From Limisphaerales bacterium (GTDB taxonomy: Bacteria; Verrucomicrobiota; Verrucomicrobiia; Limisphaerales; JAJOIW01): 64,000 nt of DNA. Every line of letters starts with the position of its first letter. The stretch's first letter is position 1. A program made the translations under genes and the position numbers. The stretch covers positions 239,217-303,216 of the forward strand of contig CBFHOE010000006.1 of the NCBI GenBank assembly GCA_965657355.1. Direction: 5' to 3'. Under the pieces are notes generated by a model. That model worked only from the letters and a program-made list of their open reading frames with translations, made no database searches and was not told the DNA's origin. Shown here piece by piece: positions 40,110 through 50,372 of the stretch.

Positions 40110-40655
40110 CTATGGGATTAATCTCTCAACACACCATTCATTATCCTTTAAAAAAACTCTCTGCCTCAGGTGTCCACTTCTCGTGATTTTAAGGTAGTCA
40201 TATTCAAAATTTTGAATCTCAATGACTCCGAAGTGGGTTTTATCCAAATGAGTTTGTTGGCTTGCTTTTTGAGCTGAGAATGGTTGTCCGGGTGCTCCTA
40301 GCGTCTGATAGTCGCCGTGTTTTCGGGATGACATTTCATCCCAAAGCCTAGCCAAATAGGCTCCGTCAGAAATGATTTTAGCAATCCCTTTAGCACGAAT
40401 TTGGCTCATCGTATTGCTATTAAAAAATAAAAGTGACACTCGATTATTGTTGGTGATTTCTTGGCATTTTCGAGATCGTAGATCCGTGAAGACGGTGCAG
40501 GTATCATTTTCGAAATTCCGCAGAACAACAATCCTTGATTGTGGAGAACTATTTGTTGCTACGGTCGATAAAGCAGGCCAGTGGAAAGGGTGTTTTGGGT
40601 TGATCGAACCTTCCTTGAGAAAATCAATTATGCTTTGGTAGCTTATTAATTCCAT
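40110..40655 (-). CDS. Pyridoxamine 5'-phosphate oxidase-related FMN-binding protein
   Basis: HPFHWPALSTV, PQSRIVVLR, FTDLRSRK, QIRAKG, HLRQ, W...RLIP. Confidence 0.85.
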   Translation of the reverse strand: MELISYQSIIDFLKEGSINPKHPFHWPALSTVATNSSPQSRIVVLRNFENDTCTVFTDLRSRKCQEITNNNRVSLLFFNSNTMSQIRAKGIAKIISDGAYLARLWDEMSSRKHGDYQTLGAPGQPFSAQKASQQTHLDKTHFGVIEIQNFEYDYLKITRSGHLRQRVFLKDNEWCVERLIP

Positions 40656-40893
40656 AAAATACCTCTAACTCTCATTATTTAATAGATCCCTACACCTAAC
40701 CTCAGTGAAGCTGGATTGAATTGCAAATTCAACGGGATAAAGACGATTCCTCTAGACCATTTTTAGACAAATGTCTTGAGGTAAAATTCCACAATCATTT
40801 GCGAAATTAAAAAATTGGTGTTGATTAGTATAGCAAGCCTGATTTTTGGAAATAACCTGACAAAACGTCATACTCACTTGCCACGCTGTTAAA

Positions 40894-41166
40894 ATGGAAA
40901 AGCTAAAGGATCTATCACCGGAGCAAATTGATAACATAATCAAGCTGGCTTGGGCGGACAGAGTCTCGTTTGAGGCAATACAGCAGCGTACTGGGCTAGT
41001 AGAAAAAGAGGTTATCAAAGTTATGCGGCGCGAACTGAAACCGGGCAGCTTTAGGAAGTGGCGCGCACGTGCCTCGGGCCAGGTAACAAAGCACAGGAAA
41101 AGAGCAAAGATCCTTCATGAAACGGTATACGACGAAAAGCTCAGGCGCCCGCCAAAACATCGTTAG
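40894..41166 (+). CDS. TIGR03643 (DUF2805) family protein
   Basis: IIKLAWADRVSFEAI...GLVEKEVIKVMRRELKPGSFRKWRAR..G..TKH. Confidence 0.88.
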   Translation: MEKLKDLSPEQIDNIIKLAWADRVSFEAIQQRTGLVEKEVIKVMRRELKPGSFRKWRARASGQVTKHRKRAKILHETVYDEKLRRPPKHR

Positions 41167-41180
41167 TTCCACCTCAAAGA

Positions 41181-43619
41181 GTGACATTTACTGAGCAAAA
41201 AAAATCAATCAATCAGTGGTTTCATTCGCAGTGTTGGCAGGTATTTCCATTTCAAGAAAAAACCTGGAAAGCTTATCTGTCCGGGAAAAGTGGCCTTATT
41301 CATGCTCCCACTGGAATTGGTAAAACCTACGCCGCTTTGGGAGGGCCGGTTATTCAAGCTCTCTCCGAGGCAAAAGAATCCAAAGGATTGCAAATCCTCT
41401 GGATTACCCCGCTTAGAGCACTCGCCAATGACACTGCGGCAGCCATATCTCGTTTGCTCTCAGGTTTAAACATGAACTGGGATGTTGAGATCCGCCATGG
41501 AGACATTTCTTCCTCTGTACGCCAAAGGCAGAGACGGCGCCTACCTCATGTTCTTGTGACGACTCCTGAATCTTTAACTCTCCTGCTCTCTTATAAAGAT
41601 GCGGAAGATAAATTCAAAGGACTCCGATGTGTCGTTTGTGATGAGTGGCATGAATTGCTCTCCACTAAACGCGGTGTTCAAACGGAATTAGCCCTAGCTC
41701 GCTTACAGTCGATACAACCCAATCTAAGGCGCTGGGGGCTCTCAGCAACGATTGGTAATATCGACGAGGCCTTAACAGTCCTAACGGGGCATTCAATCAC
41801 TGACTCTTTAGTTATCGAGGGAAAACATCATAAAGTAATTGAAATCAATACTTTACTTCCCGAGAAAATTGAAAATTTTCCTTGGTCAGGGCACTTGGGC
41901 ACCAAGCTTGTTAAAAGCGTGATCGAACAGATCAAAAATGTTGGATCCACATTGGTATTCACCAATACCCGTGCACAAAGTGAAATATGGTATCAAAGTC
42001 TTCTAAAAGCTGACCCTGCATTGGACTCAAAAATTGCTATCCATCATGGCTCCTTGAATAGGGAGATACGCAATTCGGTTGAACAAAGATTACATGATGG
42101 AGATTTGAAAGCCGTCATTTGTACTTCGAGTTTAGATTTAGGTGTTGATTTTTCTCCCGTCGAGCAAGTGATACAGATAGGCTCTCCCAAGGGAATAGCA
42201 CGCCTTATCCAGCGGGCTGGGCGCAGTGGTCACCGACCTGGAGCCACTAGTAAAATTTATGGAGTACCGACGAACGCTCTTGAAATACTTGAATTTGCAG
42301 CAGCACGTCAAGCTGTGAAACTCGGTGAAATTGAATCGAGAATTCCAATATCAGCTCCGTTGGATGTTTTGCTTCAACATGTCATTACAATGTCTTTGAA
42401 TGCTACTCTTTCAGAGCTTCGTTTGAAAAAAGAAATCCAGACGACAGCAGCATACGAAAACTTGAAGGACCAAGATTGGAACTGGGTGATGGGATTTGCA
42501 AAAGGTCACATAGGCGCTCTAAAGGCCTACCCTGAATACCAAAAAGTCAAAGAAGTTGACAGTGTATTAACAGTTGCATCAAAGAGTATCGAAAGGATGC
42601 ACCGTATGAGTATCGGTACTATCACAAGCGATTCAGAAATTACCGTAAAGCTGGTTTCTGGTCCTATCCTGGGACAAATCGAAGAGCGATTCGTCGGGCG
42701 ACTAAAACCGGGAAATCATTTCAATTTTGCCGGATCAAGATTAGAGCTTGTTCGTTTCCGTGGAATGGTCGCTCAGGTGAAGCGAGCCAAGAATAAACTT
42801 GGAAATACGCCAAGTTGGCAAGGTGGGCGAGCTCCGTTATCTTCTGAATTGGCGTCAGCAGTCTCCCGGGAGTTATCTCATCGAAAGACTGGCAGCGAAT
42901 CCAAATTTTCCAAAGAATTGGATAGACTGAGTTCACTTCTCCAAATTCAAAGTGATCGGTCACTCATTCCATCACGTGATTTTCTATTGGTCGAGCAATG
43001 TCGTGTAAGGCGTACTTCAAATTTATTTTGTTATCCATTTGCAGGTCGGCTCGTCCATGAAGGTCTCGCGGCCATAGTGGCTTATCGGTTGAGTAAGAAA
43101 TTTCCGATTACATTGCGAACGACTGTTAATGATTATGGGTTTTCAATACAATCGGCGCGGAAATTTGAAGTCGATGAAGAGATTTTGAGAGAGCTTTTTC
43201 AGCTTAAAAATCTCACTGAAGACCTCATAGAATGTATGAATACTACAGAATTAGCTCGGAGACAGTTTCGTGAAATTTCAAGAATTGCAGGGCTTGTTTT
43301 TCAAGGCTACCCCGGCCAGCAGAAGGCTGTTAAAAGTGTTCAAATATCCGCAAGTCTTCTTTATGAGGTGTTTGAAAAATACGATAAAGAAAATTTACTT
43401 CTCCAACAGGCAAAAGCTGAAATATTAGAAAGACAATTAGAGCAAACAAGGCTAATACACACCATGAATCGAATTAACGAATGCTCAATCCGTGTCATTC
43501 TCAAAAAGAAGCTAAGCCCTTTTGCCTTTCCGCTCTGGGCAGAGTCCCTGCATGAGCAGGTGTCGACGGAAAGCTGGTCGGAAAGGGTGGCTCTCATAGC
43601 TGCAGAGATGGAGAGTTGA
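41181..43619 (+). CDS. Ligase-associated DNA damage response DEXH helicase (Lhr-core)
   Basis: APTGIGKT, WITPLRALA, TTPESL, DEWH, LSATIG, HHGSL, TSSLDLGVDF, QRAGRSGH, RRQFREISRIAGL, SPFAFPL. Confidence 0.93.
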   Translation: MTFTEQKKSINQWFHSQCWQVFPFQEKTWKAYLSGKSGLIHAPTGIGKTYAALGGPVIQALSEAKESKGLQILWITPLRALANDTAAAISRLLSGLNMNWDVEIRHGDISSSVRQRQRRRLPHVLVTTPESLTLLLSYKDAEDKFKGLRCVVCDEWHELLSTKRGVQTELALARLQSIQPNLRRWGLSATIGNIDEALTVLTGHSITDSLVIEGKHHKVIEINTLLPEKIENFPWSGHLGTKLVKSVIEQIKNVGSTLVFTNTRAQSEIWYQSLLKADPALDSKIAIHHGSLNREIRNSVEQRLHDGDLKAVICTSSLDLGVDFSPVEQVIQIGSPKGIARLIQRAGRSGHRPGATSKIYGVPTNALEILEFAAARQAVKLGEIESRIPISAPLDVLLQHVITMSLNATLSELRLKKEIQTTAAYENLKDQDWNWVMGFAKGHIGALKAYPEYQKVKEVDSVLTVASKSIERMHRMSIGTITSDSEITVKLVSGPILGQIEERFVGRLKPGNHFNFAGSRLELVRFRGMVAQVKRAKNKLGNTPSWQGGRAPLSSELASAVSRELSHRKTGSESKFSKELDRLSSLLQIQSDRSLIPSRDFLLVEQCRVRRTSNLFCYPFAGRLVHEGLAAIVAYRLSKKFPITLRTTVNDYGFSIQSARKFEVDEEILRELFQLKNLTEDLIECMNTTELARRQFREISRIAGLVFQGYPGQQKAVKSVQISASLLYEVFEKYDKENLLLQQAKAEILERQLEQTRLIHTMNRINECSIRVILKKKLSPFAFPLWAESLHEQVSTESWSERVALIAAEMES

Positions 43620-43624
43620 GTTAG

Positions 43625-44287
43625 ATGAAAACGAACTTTGTTTCAACTCAAGTGGCCGATGAAACTCTCCATTTATTTCCTGAAATGGTTGTTCATTGGC
43701 CATCGCAAAATGTTCTTTTTGTATCGGATATTCATCTTGGGAAAAGCGCAAGCCAAAGGAGTCGATCCCTTTATATACCACGGGGATCAGATGAGGACGA
43801 TTTGGTCTTATTGGAGACCCTAGTTAAAAATACAAAGTCGGAAAAACTTATCGTTTTGGGTGATTTATTTCACGACAGTTTTGCTCTATCGGTTGATACA
43901 ATGTTGACCTTCAAATCATGGTTGAAATCACTTGGTATCGAGGTAACTCTAATCATAGGAAATCATGACCGAAAAGCCGTAAAAAAAATTGCAAACTTAC
44001 CTATCATTATTCAAAACCAAGGGGTTTCTTTGGGGCCCTTTTTTCTGTCGCATGAACCGGAAATAGTTGAAGGCCATTTCACATTATGCGGACACCTTCA
44101 CCCAGGTGTCCGCTACCGAGACGAAGCTGGTTGTTTTCACAAAGCAAAAGCATTTTGGATAGGCAGCTCACAAATGGTGCTGCCTGCTTTCGGCTCAACA
44201 ACAAGTATGACAACTATTTTAGCTCAAAAAGGCGACATGATGTATGTTTGTGGTGATCAGAATCTCTATCAAATGCCTGTGCGTTAA
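43625..44287 (+). CDS. pdeM: Ligase-associated metallophosphoesterase/endonuclease (MPE)
   Basis: SDIHLGK, LGDLFH, GNHD, SHEP, GHLHP, LPAFG; 5 nt after Lhr-core. Confidence 0.9.
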   Translation: MKTNFVSTQVADETLHLFPEMVVHWPSQNVLFVSDIHLGKSASQRSRSLYIPRGSDEDDLVLLETLVKNTKSEKLIVLGDLFHDSFALSVDTMLTFKSWLKSLGIEVTLIIGNHDRKAVKKIANLPIIIQNQGVSLGPFFLSHEPEIVEGHFTLCGHLHPGVRYRDEAGCFHKAKAFWIGSSQMVLPAFGSTTSMTTILAQKGDMMYVCGDQNLYQMPVR

Positions 44288-44290
44288 TTT

Positions 44291-45490
44291 TTAAAGAAAT
44301 TGAGACACGACTTTCGGGATCTGTCTTTTTAAATTGAAAAACCCTCTCTTGGCGTGCGGAAAAAATGCATCATCCCACGGCCGTCGGAAGATTGAAATAT
44401 GGATTGAATATTTCTCGAGATGATTTTGAATTTCAGGCCAAATTTCGGACCAAAAGCCAACAGCTGGTTCAGCTATGTAGACATGTTTTAAATTTTTCTT
44501 TTGAGCCCACGCCACGACAGCATCAGCGAGGTTTTCCTCATCGAAAAAATCCAATTGGTTTTCCTTGTGGCTAGTATATGACAGAGAATCTTTGATCAAT
44601 TTCTTTCGAAAATTAATGACATTCTTATCAATAGCGTGCTTGTGATAAGCATTAGTGGGAAAAATTCCTGCGATTGCGGAAAACTGATCGTGGTTTTCGA
44701 ATAGCTCCCAACTTCTAACATCGTCATCTGTGATTAGAAGCCCGGAGGCATTTTCAATGTCCGGTATGGGAAGCGCCTCAAGATCAATAGCTTTTGGGTG
44801 TCCCGAGATGTCTTCTTCGAGAGAATACGGTTTATTGAACGATTCTTCTGACCCGAGGCGGCCCTTAGTAAATTTACGTATGTTCTCAGCACTGGCATAA
44901 TAAGCTTTCCCAATGGTTTGCCTTCCAGCAACCCACCTCCAGCTAAGAGTGTTGCTCGCACAATCCCCATCCAGGAGGTATTCAAGAAAAAATGCAGCAC
45001 CGAGAACCCAAGGTAATTTAAAGGTGTGTATCCAAATGCTTGCGAACCACATTCGCGCGTGATTATGCAAATATCCCGTTTCTGTTAATTCGGTGGCCCA
45101 AGTATTGAAACTTTCGAACTTCGTCTTTCCATTAATAGCATTTTGATACATGAGATTACCGACGAAATTTTTTTTCGCGATCTCGAGATCATCAAGGTAA
45201 TGGGTCCATATACTTGGTCTTTGTGCCAGCCAACCCTTCCAATAAGTTCGCCAACATATTTCCTGAATAAATTTCTCTGCCTTTGAAAAATCGTGCTCAG
45301 AAAGAGATGCTTTCACCAGGTCTTCCTCGGTGACGCTTCGCACTCTAATCCAAGGAGAAAGACATGAAACCGACTCATGGGCTCCATGGCCAAAATCATA
45401 ATTTCGAAATTGAGAATAATGACTCCCCATTTTGGGTAAAAAATTCTTTATTCTATTTTCTGCAACTGATCTGGCCGGTGAAAATTCCAT
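44291..45490 (-). CDS. Photolyase with N-terminal FAD-binding domain (NewPHL-like inverted topology)
   Basis: FAD-domain motifs in the first half (RNYD, VSCLSPWIR, KFIQEICWRTYWKG, GYLHNHARMWFASIW, LLDGDCASNTLSWRWVAG), then a short alpha/beta domain; 399 aa. Confidence 0.85.
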   Translation of the reverse strand: MEFSPARSVAENRIKNFLPKMGSHYSQFRNYDFGHGAHESVSCLSPWIRVRSVTEEDLVKASLSEHDFSKAEKFIQEICWRTYWKGWLAQRPSIWTHYLDDLEIAKKNFVGNLMYQNAINGKTKFESFNTWATELTETGYLHNHARMWFASIWIHTFKLPWVLGAAFFLEYLLDGDCASNTLSWRWVAGRQTIGKAYYASAENIRKFTKGRLGSEESFNKPYSLEEDISGHPKAIDLEALPIPDIENASGLLITDDDVRSWELFENHDQFSAIAGIFPTNAYHKHAIDKNVINFRKKLIKDSLSYTSHKENQLDFFDEENLADAVVAWAQKKNLKHVYIAEPAVGFWSEIWPEIQNHLEKYSIHISIFRRPWDDAFFPHAKRGFFNLKRQIPKVVSQFL

Positions 45491-46075
45491 CTTATCTCAA
45501 AATGCCAGGTATCATTTATAATTCAAATTCTGCCATCACATTTATCATTTTTGTTTATTTTCAGTGCTTGCCTTTCCCCATTGGGTTAAAACGTCGCGTT
45601 ATTGGATGTCCGGTTCAAATATACGCCTGATAAACGTCACATTTTGAAATACTGCTTTTTTTCAGTGATCTCTTCAGATGTAAAGGAATTGTCAAAATCA
45701 ATTTTCAGAGTCAAATTATGACATAGTGAAAAATTGAGTCGTGTTGAAGATGTATCAAGGTCCTAAATAAGATAATCAACCAAGTCAGGAAGGTTTAAGA
45801 AATCATATTCATTCCCTATCCATATGTCGGTCGAAGTCATAACCATTAATTGGGTGCATATTTTTTGATTTCCAACCCGTGAAGAAATCTTAAAGACTTT
45901 TTTCAAGAACAACTGCCAATCGTCGGCAATGGGTTTTCATGGAATTTATAGCAAGCCAGGTATCCTCAACTAAGATAAAATGAAAAAAGGCATTTTGAGA
46001 AGCTAATCTATCTGCTATGACTGAATTGTCTTATACGAGAAGAAAAATATTTTAAAAGAAAGAGAGTTGAGTTCG

Positions 46076-48007
46076 ATGAAATACAGGCCGGAGATTGATG
46101 GATTGCGTGCAATCGCGATCATTCCGGTATTGTTGTTTCATTACGACGCAAGCCTTTTACCCGGCGGCTTCCTCGGGGTGGATGTTTTTTTCGTCATTTC
46201 AGGCTACCTCATCACATCGATCATTCTAAAAGAATACGATAAGGGAGATTTTAGTTTTGCAAGCTTTTGGCTGCGAAGGGTAAGAAGAATTCTACCTGCG
46301 CTTATAACGATGGTCGTGGTGACCTTAGTTGTGGGGAGCCAAATTCTTTACGCAGCCGATGTGAATATACTTGCAAACCATGGTCTTGCTTCCCTCTTAT
46401 CTTTTGCAAATATCAGTCATTGGATAATGGCTGGTAACTATTGGGGACCTTCAGCAGAGAGTTCTCCCTTTCTGCATGCATGGTCTCTTTCCGTTGAAGA
46501 ACAGTTTTATTTATTCTTTCCTTTATTCCTGTTTTTGGTCTTGCGATTTCAAAGAGCTCGTCTGATTTTAATTTTCTCAATTTTAAGCCTTTGTAGTTTT
46601 CTCCTATTTATTTTTGCTTCCAAAATATATTCATCAGCAACCTTTTACCTCTTACCGACGAGAGCTTGGGAGCTTGGGGCTGGATCATTGCTTGCAATGT
46701 TTTCCTTCCAAAAAATAAATTCTTTCAAGATTAGACAAAGTTTATCTTTCATTGGCCTCTCGGTGGTTGTAACTAGCTACTTTCTGATCAGTGGTAATGA
46801 GGGCCTGTCACCTTATATTTTCTTTCCTGTGTTCGGAGCAGCATTAATCATATTTTGCTCAAATGATTCAAATGGCTTAGTCAATAAATTGCTCTCCAAC
46901 ACAATACTTACACACATAGGTAAAATCTCTTATTCACTTTATCTGTGGCATTGGCCTATCCTCGTTTTACATGAGCAAATCGGCTTTAATGGAGATTTTT
47001 CAATACACCCTCTGATTTTATTCACTCTGATATTTTTTGTTTCTTTTATCTCCTACAAATTTATCGAGGTCCCAACTCGTAGAAATACCAGGTTAACTCC
47101 TTTTATACTTATTTTTTTGTTAAGCGGGGTAGGGCTTTCGCTTTATTTTAAGAATTTTGAGTATTCTGAAGATACGTCCAAATACGGTGAGGTGCTGTGG
47201 CACGGTGAACTATACAATGTTAATCCAAGAAAAGAATGGCCTGAATCCGTAAAGAAAAGGATGAAAGGTATCACTGTAATTCGACAAGAGAATGAGGTGC
47301 CAAATAATTTTATCAATGGAATTCATAAATTCTATGGTGATGAAAAATCAGAAATCCTCGTATTAGGGAATTCACATGCACTTATGTGGGCAAAGGTTTT
47401 GGACGAAGTGGCTGAAACCCTAAATGTTTCAATTTCATTTTATACTGCAGATGGCACACCAACATTTTTTGATGTTCCTCCTAAAAAAGCAAAGACGCCT
47501 GAGATCTTTTTTTCAATTGATGAAAAATATAAATTCGATGAGGCGAGATATCGAGTTATTGAGGAAAGAAAGCCCAAAGTCGTCGTGATTGCTGACCCGT
47601 GGTATACCCAGAATAGGGAGAAGACTCTGCCTCTTATTCACTTCATCACAAAAATTGGTTGTAAAATTCTCTTTATTGAACAGCCTCCTGTTTTATTTTT
47701 TGGTGATAAAAATGCTCCACAATATTTATCTTATCTTGGGTTGGTGCCGAATAAGTCCAGCCAATCAATCCGGCACATAAACAGCCTCGAATACAATCAT
47801 GGACTCAAACTTGTCGAGCAGCTGACGTCTGATAATAATCTTTGCCGATCTATCTCTGTAGCTGACCTTTTTATCCGGGACGATCAAGTTATAGTCTTAG
47901 AACAAGACAAAGTTCTATACATTGACGATGATCATCTTAGCTACGCTGGAGCTCTTAAAGTTAAAAACCGAATCATTCAATCTTTAAGAGGGTTACTGAA
48001 AAAATGA
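46076..48007 (+). CDS. Acyltransferase-3 plus SGNH O-acetyltransferase (OafA/OatA-like)
   Basis: YRPEIDGLRAIA, GVDVFFVISGYLIT, RRVRRILP, HAWSLSVEEQFY, ISYSLYLWHWP, LGNSHA, DDDH. Confidence 0.92.
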   Translation: MKYRPEIDGLRAIAIIPVLLFHYDASLLPGGFLGVDVFFVISGYLITSIILKEYDKGDFSFASFWLRRVRRILPALITMVVVTLVVGSQILYAADVNILANHGLASLLSFANISHWIMAGNYWGPSAESSPFLHAWSLSVEEQFYLFFPLFLFLVLRFQRARLILIFSILSLCSFLLFIFASKIYSSATFYLLPTRAWELGAGSLLAMFSFQKINSFKIRQSLSFIGLSVVVTSYFLISGNEGLSPYIFFPVFGAALIIFCSNDSNGLVNKLLSNTILTHIGKISYSLYLWHWPILVLHEQIGFNGDFSIHPLILFTLIFFVSFISYKFIEVPTRRNTRLTPFILIFLLSGVGLSLYFKNFEYSEDTSKYGEVLWHGELYNVNPRKEWPESVKKRMKGITVIRQENEVPNNFINGIHKFYGDEKSEILVLGNSHALMWAKVLDEVAETLNVSISFYTADGTPTFFDVPPKKAKTPEIFFSIDEKYKFDEARYRVIEERKPKVVVIADPWYTQNREKTLPLIHFITKIGCKILFIEQPPVLFFGDKNAPQYLSYLGLVPNKSSQSIRHINSLEYNHGLKLVEQLTSDNNLCRSISVADLFIRDDQVIVLEQDKVLYIDDDHLSYAGALKVKNRIIQSLRGLLKK

Positions 48008-48042
48008 ACGATCAAAAATTAGTATATAGGCAATGAGTTTAA

Positions 48043-48492
48043 ATGAATTATTTACCTCCTATATTTTTGACTATAACAGCAATTACAGGCATTGTAGGGC
48101 TGCTTTCCGTTTTTTGGATTTTTTGCAATAAAGAACATGCGCCATCCATAACTCTGGCACTCGTTTTCATTTTTCCCTCTACTCTATTAACGATCTTATT
48201 CTATTCACTTGCATTTCACATGCATAGAAGCCTCAATGGCTGGCCGGCTGTTATTGGTAATGAGGGGTTTCCAAAAGCTTTGGACCTACATGCTCAAATT
48301 ACTATGAATTACTTTTCCGCAATTCTTCTGATTAATATAATTTTTCTACCAGTTGCTCTATTGATTTGTGGTTCTTTTAGGCAGCTTCGTAAATTTATAC
48401 TCTGCCTAGGATTATTTGCTATGGCCTCATCCGCTTCATATTTAATCATCTCTATCGCCCCGTCTGAGTTTTTGAATTGGTGGTGGGATTGA
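48043..48492 (+). CDS. Hypothetical membrane protein (about 4 TM)
   Basis: Hydrophobic 149-aa ORF co-oriented with the acyltransferase; HMHRSLNGWP and FLNWWWD look like conserved motifs. Confidence 0.6.
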   Translation: MNYLPPIFLTITAITGIVGLLSVFWIFCNKEHAPSITLALVFIFPSTLLTILFYSLAFHMHRSLNGWPAVIGNEGFPKALDLHAQITMNYFSAILLINIIFLPVALLICGSFRQLRKFILCLGLFAMASSASYLIISIAPSEFLNWWWD

Positions 48493-48680
48493 TCTTGCAC
48501 TATTCAAATAAGTCCGCGAAGTAATCTCAGTTTCTTTTCAAAATGATACCTGATTTTTTAAGGTGTATTTGGTTGCCTGATTTTTATGGACTCATGTCGT
48601 GCAGTATCTCATACCCATAGAGACAAAAATTTTTAAAAAAACAGATGTTCAAACCACAATGACATTTCCAATTTAACCGT

Positions 48681-50372
48681 CTAAATCCCATTTTTCATTT
48701 TCTGGAATCGTCCGTCGATTTCGCCTCGAATTATCCTTTCATTCTCATCATTGACTTCTATCTTGTTTATTTTGATTTCCCCAAGGAAGGAAGCTGACTT
48801 TCGGCCCAAAAAGAATCCACCAATTTCTTTAAATTTCCCGGTTATTGAAAACCAATCATCAGGCGGGTTTTCTAAGTATCGACTTGAAAGTGGAAATGAT
48901 ATGAGAGAGTCCCTAACTGTATTTGGCTTTGAAAATTTCATGTAAAGGGTCGTCCTTCCTTTACCTCTGGCGCGTGCAACATAAAGTCCGGATTTTTCAA
49001 AATCTAGAGGCTTATCAAAAAGATCCACTTTTAAATTCTGAGCCCCGATGCCAATCCAATCATCATTTTGAGGTTCTTTCTCCAAATAGACCGCTGAGAA
49101 ATTGCCCTTAATATGTCCGACTGTTTTGAAGATGATTGGCTGTTTTTCTCTGAGGCGAAATTCAGGCATGCCTTCGGCAATTTCTTCCATAATATTTTCT
49201 CGCCTCTCACGAATAAATCGTCTTGTTTTATTCAGAGAATACAAATAATTTCTCTGCCTTTGATGAACATGAGGAGCAAATATTTTTTCCACTCTCTCAA
49301 TTTCTTGAGCCAAAAATTCCTCATTCCAGGCTTTGTCTAAAATTTGAATTAATGTCTTTCGATATTTCTCTCGGATAGATGGAATACCGTATAACTTTGC
49401 GGGTAGCCTTGACGACGTTCTGACGGAATTGCACCTGCGGAAGTTGAAAAATAAGCTGCGATTTGTGAACGCGTAGTCCGCTCCCCATGGAATAAAAAGT
49501 GCCTTTTCAGAATCATGGTGAATATAGAAAAAGTAGTTATTGGCATTTCCGGAAAACCCATCAGGTAATCCGACAATGCCTTCGGTTGCCCAAAATTGAA
49601 TAAAGGCATCAAGATCTAAATTGTGCTCTATAGACTTCAAGAGTTTTTTAGAATCGGATTCGTTCAAAGCGTCTACAATACCAGATATGACCGCCTTTCC
49701 TTTTTTCTTACTCCCAAATTTTCTCTCGAAACTGTCTTCCCATCCGGAGAAAAAATCCACCACAGTTCCCTCGTATAAAACCCCATCGTCTGATCCAAAA
49801 TGATGCTCAACCATTGGTTTCTTCATGGATTCAACGTTGGCATAAATACCTAGGTTTTCACCGTTGACTGTAACGTGGGCGTATGTGCACCGTGGGGCCG
49901 GAGCATCGGCCATCCTAAATATCGTATAAGTTAAATATTGATTAACTAATGACTTGTCCTGTTTACAATTATTGAGCGTTAGGTGAGTTACGTCCCCAAT
50001 ACTTTGATGTTTATCTTCGTAGTTGAGTTTAATTTTCAATGAAGGACGTTGACTATCTAACGACCCGATGAATCCCTTTTTGCGTATCCCAACATTTTTA
50101 AACGTTTTACTATTAATAGTGACCTTGCCTGGGTAGTAGGTGTATGGCTTATTAAACTTTCCCGCCAAGCGCTCATCAGAGAGAGCTTCTTGTATATTTC
50201 TTCCTTGGCGAGCAAGCTTTCCCCAGTCTTCTTTATCCATTCGAATCTCTACTCTCAATAATTGATTAGTAGAATACAGAGTCGACTCGAGATCTTCTCC
50301 GTTAACTGCTGGAAGACTGATAATAAGGGAGCATAAAAAAAGAAATGTGCTCCTGCTAAACGTCAAATTCAT
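48681..50372 (-). CDS. CotH kinase family protein, secreted; start reassigned to MNLTF
   Basis: Signal peptide, VGIRKKGFIGS, RPSLKIK, LTLNNCKQD, APRC, LGIYANVE, DGFSGNANNYF, FIPWGAD. Confidence 0.85.
   Translation of the reverse strand: MNLTFSRSTFLFLCSLIISLPAVNGEDLESTLYSTNQLLRVEIRMDKEDWGKLARQGRNIQEALSDERLAGKFNKPYTYYPGKVTINSKTFKNVGIRKKGFIGSLDSQRPSLKIKLNYEDKHQSIGDVTHLTLNNCKQDKSLVNQYLTYTIFRMADAPAPRCTYAHVTVNGENLGIYANVESMKKPMVEHHFGSDDGVLYEGTVVDFFSGWEDSFERKFGSKKKGKAVISGIVDALNESDSKKLLKSIEHNLDLDAFIQFWATEGIVGLPDGFSGNANNYFFYIHHDSEKALFIPWGADYAFTNRSLFFNFRRCNSVRTSSRLPAKLYGIPSIREKYRKTLIQILDKAWNEEFLAQEIERVEKIFAPHVHQRQRNYLYSLNKTRRFIRERRENIMEEIAEGMPEFRLREKQPIIFKTVGHIKGNFSAVYLEKEPQNDDWIGIGAQNLKVDLFDKPLDFEKSGLYVARARGKGRTTLYMKFSKPNTVRDSLISFPLSSRYLENPPDDWFSITGKFKEIGGFFLGRKSASFLGEIKINKIEVNDENERIIRGEIDGRFQKMKNGI

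Noticed and set aside
39553..45700. Verrucomicrobial LexA box (TGTTC-N4-GAACA) upstream of mutL, Lhr or the photolyase
   Set aside because: No convincing match found by eye in the intergenic regions.
39728..48680. Integrative element at tRNA-His
   Set aside because: No integrase or transposase ORF, and I saw no duplicate of the tRNA 3' end (att site) in the window.
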